A stretch of 37,856 bases of DNA from an uncultured bacterium (GTDB taxonomy: Bacteria > UBA8481): contig CAZCME010000007.1 in NCBI GenBank assembly GCA_964499705.1, positions 186,001 to 223,856 on the forward strand, in the 5' to 3' direction. The notes beneath the pieces were generated by a model that saw only the letters and a list, made by a program, of their open reading frames with translations, did no database searches and was not told the origin of the DNA. Numbering within the stretch: position 1 is the first letter of the stretch; each line of letters opens with the position of its first letter. Below are positions 35,005 through 37,856 of the stretch, piece after piece. The translations under genes and the position numbers were made by a program.

Positions 35005-36110
35005 TCTCGAACCCGGGCCGCCTGGCTGTCGCGACAGGCGTCTTCATCCTGGCGACCGGAGGCCTGTTCGGATGGAATGAAAACAGCTCGTGGAGCGACC
35101 TGATTCCCGCGCTGGCGGGCGCGGCGCTATTGGCGCTCTCCATCCCGGGGCAGGCGAGCCGCCTTTCTCGCGCTTCGCTGATCCCCCTGTTCTGCATGAT
35201 GGCGATGGCCGTGTTAACATGGGATTCCCCGCGCGAATGCATCAGCTGGTTGCTGGTCACAGTCTCTTTTGCGGCCGGCCTGCACTCCCGGCACGACGAC
35301 CTCGTCCGCCGAACCGTTCTCGGCGCTTGCTTTCTGCTTCTCCTGCTGGCCTGTTACCAGCGCTGGATCCTCTTCCCATGGCTGGCGCCCCAACTCGAGG
35401 GCGAAGCGCGCGGCCGCCTTCTCTCCGGCCGCACTTTCTCCTCATTCATGCTTCCCGCTCAATTTTCCGCCTACCTCGCTCTCGTCCTGCCCCTGGCCGT
35501 CGCTGTCGCCCTGACCGATCGGCATCGCCGTGCGCACAAGATCATGGCCATTCTCATCCCCGCCGGCTTTGTGCTCGCCGGATCCCTTTCCGGAGTCGTG
35601 GCCGCCCTGGCCGCGCTGGTGGTTCTTCAGGCGGGATCGCGCCGATTCACGCGCATTCATCTGCTGATGTTAATCGCTCTCCTTGGCGTCCTGGCCTTTC
35701 GCTTTGACGCGCTCATTCTCTCGTCATCGTCCTATTCCATGCGCTGGAACACCTGGCATGCGACGCTCCTCGGCAGCACCGAGAGCCTCTGGACCGGTCA
35801 TGGATCCGGATCATTCGAACAGATCTTCATGACGCGATACTGGATGGAGGGATCCGACGAAGTCAGGCATCCGCATTCATGGCCGCTCAAGATCCTGTTC
35901 GAGCAAGGCCTCGCCGGACTTTTTCTCTGGATCGTTGCCGTGGCTCCCCTGTTCGCAAGACTGCGCGATCGATCGTTCCGAGCCGCGGCGTTTGCATTCG
36001 TGATCGCCTGCCTGCTGGATGTCGCCGATCTTTCGCTGACGCTTCGCTCCCTCGCGTTCTTCCTGCTCGGCAGTTCCCTCTCACCTGACCCGGAAAGCAA
36101 ATCCCCCTGA
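35001..36110 (+). CDS. O-antigen ligase / O-oligosaccharyltransferase family membrane protein
   Basis: ATG 35001 overlaps the mltG stop (ATGA); GRTFSSF..PAQFSAYL, R...W...TGHGSGSF, HPHSW (Wzy_C-type loop). Confidence 0.8.
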   Translation: MISNPGRLAVATGVFILATGGLFGWNENSSWSDLIPALAGAALLALSIPGQASRLSRASLIPLFCMMAMAVLTWDSPRECISWLLVTVSFAAGLHSRHDDLVRRTVLGACFLLLLLACYQRWILFPWLAPQLEGEARGRLLSGRTFSSFMLPAQFSAYLALVLPLAVAVALTDRHRRAHKIMAILIPAGFVLAGSLSGVVAALAALVVLQAGSRRFTRIHLLMLIALLGVLAFRFDALILSSSSYSMRWNTWHATLLGSTESLWTGHGSGSFEQIFMTRYWMEGSDEVRHPHSWPLKILFEQGLAGLFLWIVAVAPLFARLRDRSFRAAAFAFVIACLLDVADLSLTLRSLAFFLLGSSLSPDPESKSP

Positions 36111-36151
36111 TCGCGGAGCGGATCAACTCCGTCGCCGCCGCGCGCGGAAGA

Positions 36152-37789
36152 ATGCAGGCGCGGATCACCATGCTGGCGCCGCTTCTGGCTCTGATTCTCG
36201 GAGTCTCATCCGTGGATCGACTCTGGCCTCGTCTTCCTCTTCTCCTCAGTCTCCTGGCGGGCGTCTCGTTCCTCGCGGCCCTCCGCGCCTTCGATCGCAG
36301 ACTGCTCACTGTGACGGCGTTGCTGGCGTCTCTCATGCTCGGCATCGTTACGGGAACACGAATCGCGGATACCGGCCATCGCTCGATCGTGAAGGATTCC
36401 GCAGTATCCTGGCGAGCGGACGCTGTCTTTACATGGCATACCGCGCGCTTTGTCCGAGCCGTAATGCTGGCCGAGACCGACGTCCTGGACGAGTCCGATC
36501 GCGACCATTATCGACGGGCGGGATTGACTCATCTTCTGGCCATCTCCGGCTTGAACGTCGCCATCCTAGCGGGATTCTTCTGGTGCGCCGTCCGTGGCAT
36601 CGCGGGCGGCGGTGCCGTCACGGAATACGCGGCGGCGGCGGCGACCTCGATCTATATCTTCGGAATCGGAGCGCCTCCTTCCGCATTGCGCGCGGGCCTG
36701 ATGGCTGCCGCGGTATTTCTCGCCAGAGCGTGGAAGCGGCCCGCGCATATTCTCAACGTTCTACTCGGAGCCGCATTCGTGACGGTGGCCTTCGATCCCG
36801 CCGCGCTCTTCGATGTCGGATTTCAGCTGTCGTACGCCGCGACCCTGGGGCTCATTTTCTGGTCACGACCTCTCGAATCGTGGATGCCGGCACGATCCGG
36901 CCTGCTCGGACGATTGATCGCTGTTTCCGCGGCAGCGCAGCTTCCCACGCTGCCGATCATGATGAGCGTCTTCGGCGAGTTCGCGCCGATTGCCTTTCTC
37001 GCCAACATCGCGGTCGTCCCCATCTTCGCTCTCCTCATGCCGCTCATCGTTTTGGCCTTGTGCGGAGTACCGGGATGCGCGGTCCTGACGGAGATTCTTC
37101 ACGGCAGGACGACGGCGATCATCTCCACTTTCGCGGATATGCCCGGATCCTCCTACCTGATCGATCGACCGCCCTTGGCGGCGGTCGTAGCGTTGCTCGG
37201 TCTCTCCGCGCTGCCCATCCTCCCGAATCGCACATCACGAATGGTGGCCGTGTGCGCGCTCGCTCTCATCGCCTTCGGCGCCGTCCTGGCGCATCGCGTC
37301 GAAGATGGGCTTTATCTCGTCAGGGACGGTTCGCGGGCCGGAGCGATGCGCGTGGATGCCGGACAAGCTGAACTCCTCGATCCGGGCCTCTCCGCGGCCA
37401 CCTGGCGCCGGGCGCTTTCGGATCTCCGTATCCGCCGCATCGAACGGGTCATCACGGCCACGCCGATTTCTCTCTCGCACGGACACGCGTTCTCTCTCGT
37501 TCATGACCGCCCCGTCGACGCGTGGGAGATCGATTCCCGATGGGAGACCGACGCGGAAGTGGAAGCCAGGATTTCGCGTCTGAAACGGGCCGGCGCGAAA
37601 ATCACGCGAAGGGCGCCCAATCAGGGGCCGATCATCGCGTTCCATTCGGATATTATCGCTCTCGGTCAGGCAAAAGATACCCGCGCCACGATCCGGATCG
37701 AGATGACAAGGGAGCATGAAATCCTCGTACGGGATGGTGATGGCTCGGTCAGAGCGGTCGTATCCGACAGACTTCAAGTCATGCCATGA
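36152..37789 (+). CDS. comEC: ComEC/Rec2 competence DNA uptake channel
   Basis: AGLTHLLAISGLNV, GAPPSALRA, FDVGFQLSYAAT, AQLPTLPI, LANI..VP. Confidence 0.9.
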   Translation: MQARITMLAPLLALILGVSSVDRLWPRLPLLLSLLAGVSFLAALRAFDRRLLTVTALLASLMLGIVTGTRIADTGHRSIVKDSAVSWRADAVFTWHTARFVRAVMLAETDVLDESDRDHYRRAGLTHLLAISGLNVAILAGFFWCAVRGIAGGGAVTEYAAAAATSIYIFGIGAPPSALRAGLMAAAVFLARAWKRPAHILNVLLGAAFVTVAFDPAALFDVGFQLSYAATLGLIFWSRPLESWMPARSGLLGRLIAVSAAAQLPTLPIMMSVFGEFAPIAFLANIAVVPIFALLMPLIVLALCGVPGCAVLTEILHGRTTAIISTFADMPGSSYLIDRPPLAAVVALLGLSALPILPNRTSRMVAVCALALIAFGAVLAHRVEDGLYLVRDGSRAGAMRVDAGQAELLDPGLSAATWRRALSDLRIRRIERVITATPISLSHGHAFSLVHDRPVDAWEIDSRWETDAEVEARISRLKRAGAKITRRAPNQGPIIAFHSDIIALGQAKDTRATIRIEMTREHEILVRDGDGSVRAVVSDRLQVMP

Positions 37790-37802
37790 AGCATAGAATC
37801 GC

Positions 37803-37856
37803 TGTCAACGCAAAGTAGAAAGTTCCGCTTTTCTGCAAGGTAGAAAGGTCCGCCTC
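37803..37856 (+). mobile_element. Probable terminal repeat of an insertion sequence (truncated by the window end)
   Basis: Begins TGTCAAC, then two 19-nt direct repeats, GCAAAGTAGAAAGTTCCGC (37810-37828) and GCAAGGTAGAAAGGTCCGC (37835-37853), 17/19 identical. A TGT terminus with repeated transposase-binding sites is typical of IS21/IS481/IS1202-type ends. Confidence 0.6.

Noticed and set aside
37810-37853. Start of a CRISPR array
   Set aside because: The repeats are 19 nt separated by only 6 nt, too short for CRISPR spacers, and no cas genes are present; the pattern fits an IS end better.

Overview
GC-rich (about 60% by eye) chromosomal window from a diderm bacterium (BamA, lipoproteins, MltG); lineage not assignable from sequence alone. 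Left third (1-15.6 kb) is a cell-surface glycosylation and pilin region: GDP-L-fucose synthase, a methyltransferase/GT2 fusion, a second methyltransferase, two GT-C-fold membrane glycosyltransferases, a compact STT3/AglB-like oligosaccharyltransferase with an altered WWDYG motif, three Flp pilin genes with no tad assembly genes in the window, an SGNH protein, plus folE, metF and an unusual BamA carrying about 300 extra N-terminal residues (helical Trp repeat and two Ig-like domains). The middle is housekeeping: sulfurtransferase, gcvT-H-PA-PB, YwlE-type phosphatase, rsmI, TPR protein, two CsgG-like lipoproteins, argB-argD-argF. The right part has a CHASE-PAS hybrid kinase, a cNMP-binding protein followed by a DUF309-like frame with no canonical start codon, a cupredoxin-motif lipoprotein, mltG, an O-antigen-ligase-family gene and comEC, and it ends in a probable IS terminus. 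Non-coding signals: three intergenic inverted repeats built from 8-9 nt units, a sigma54-type promoter before one flp gene, and repeated -10 boxes 6-9 nt before start codons (leaderless-type). No rRNA, tRNA or CRISPR seen. The best candidate for an undescribed system is the Flp pilin / OST / GT-C locus, followed by the Ig-BamA fusion. All family calls come from motif recognition by eye, not database searches.
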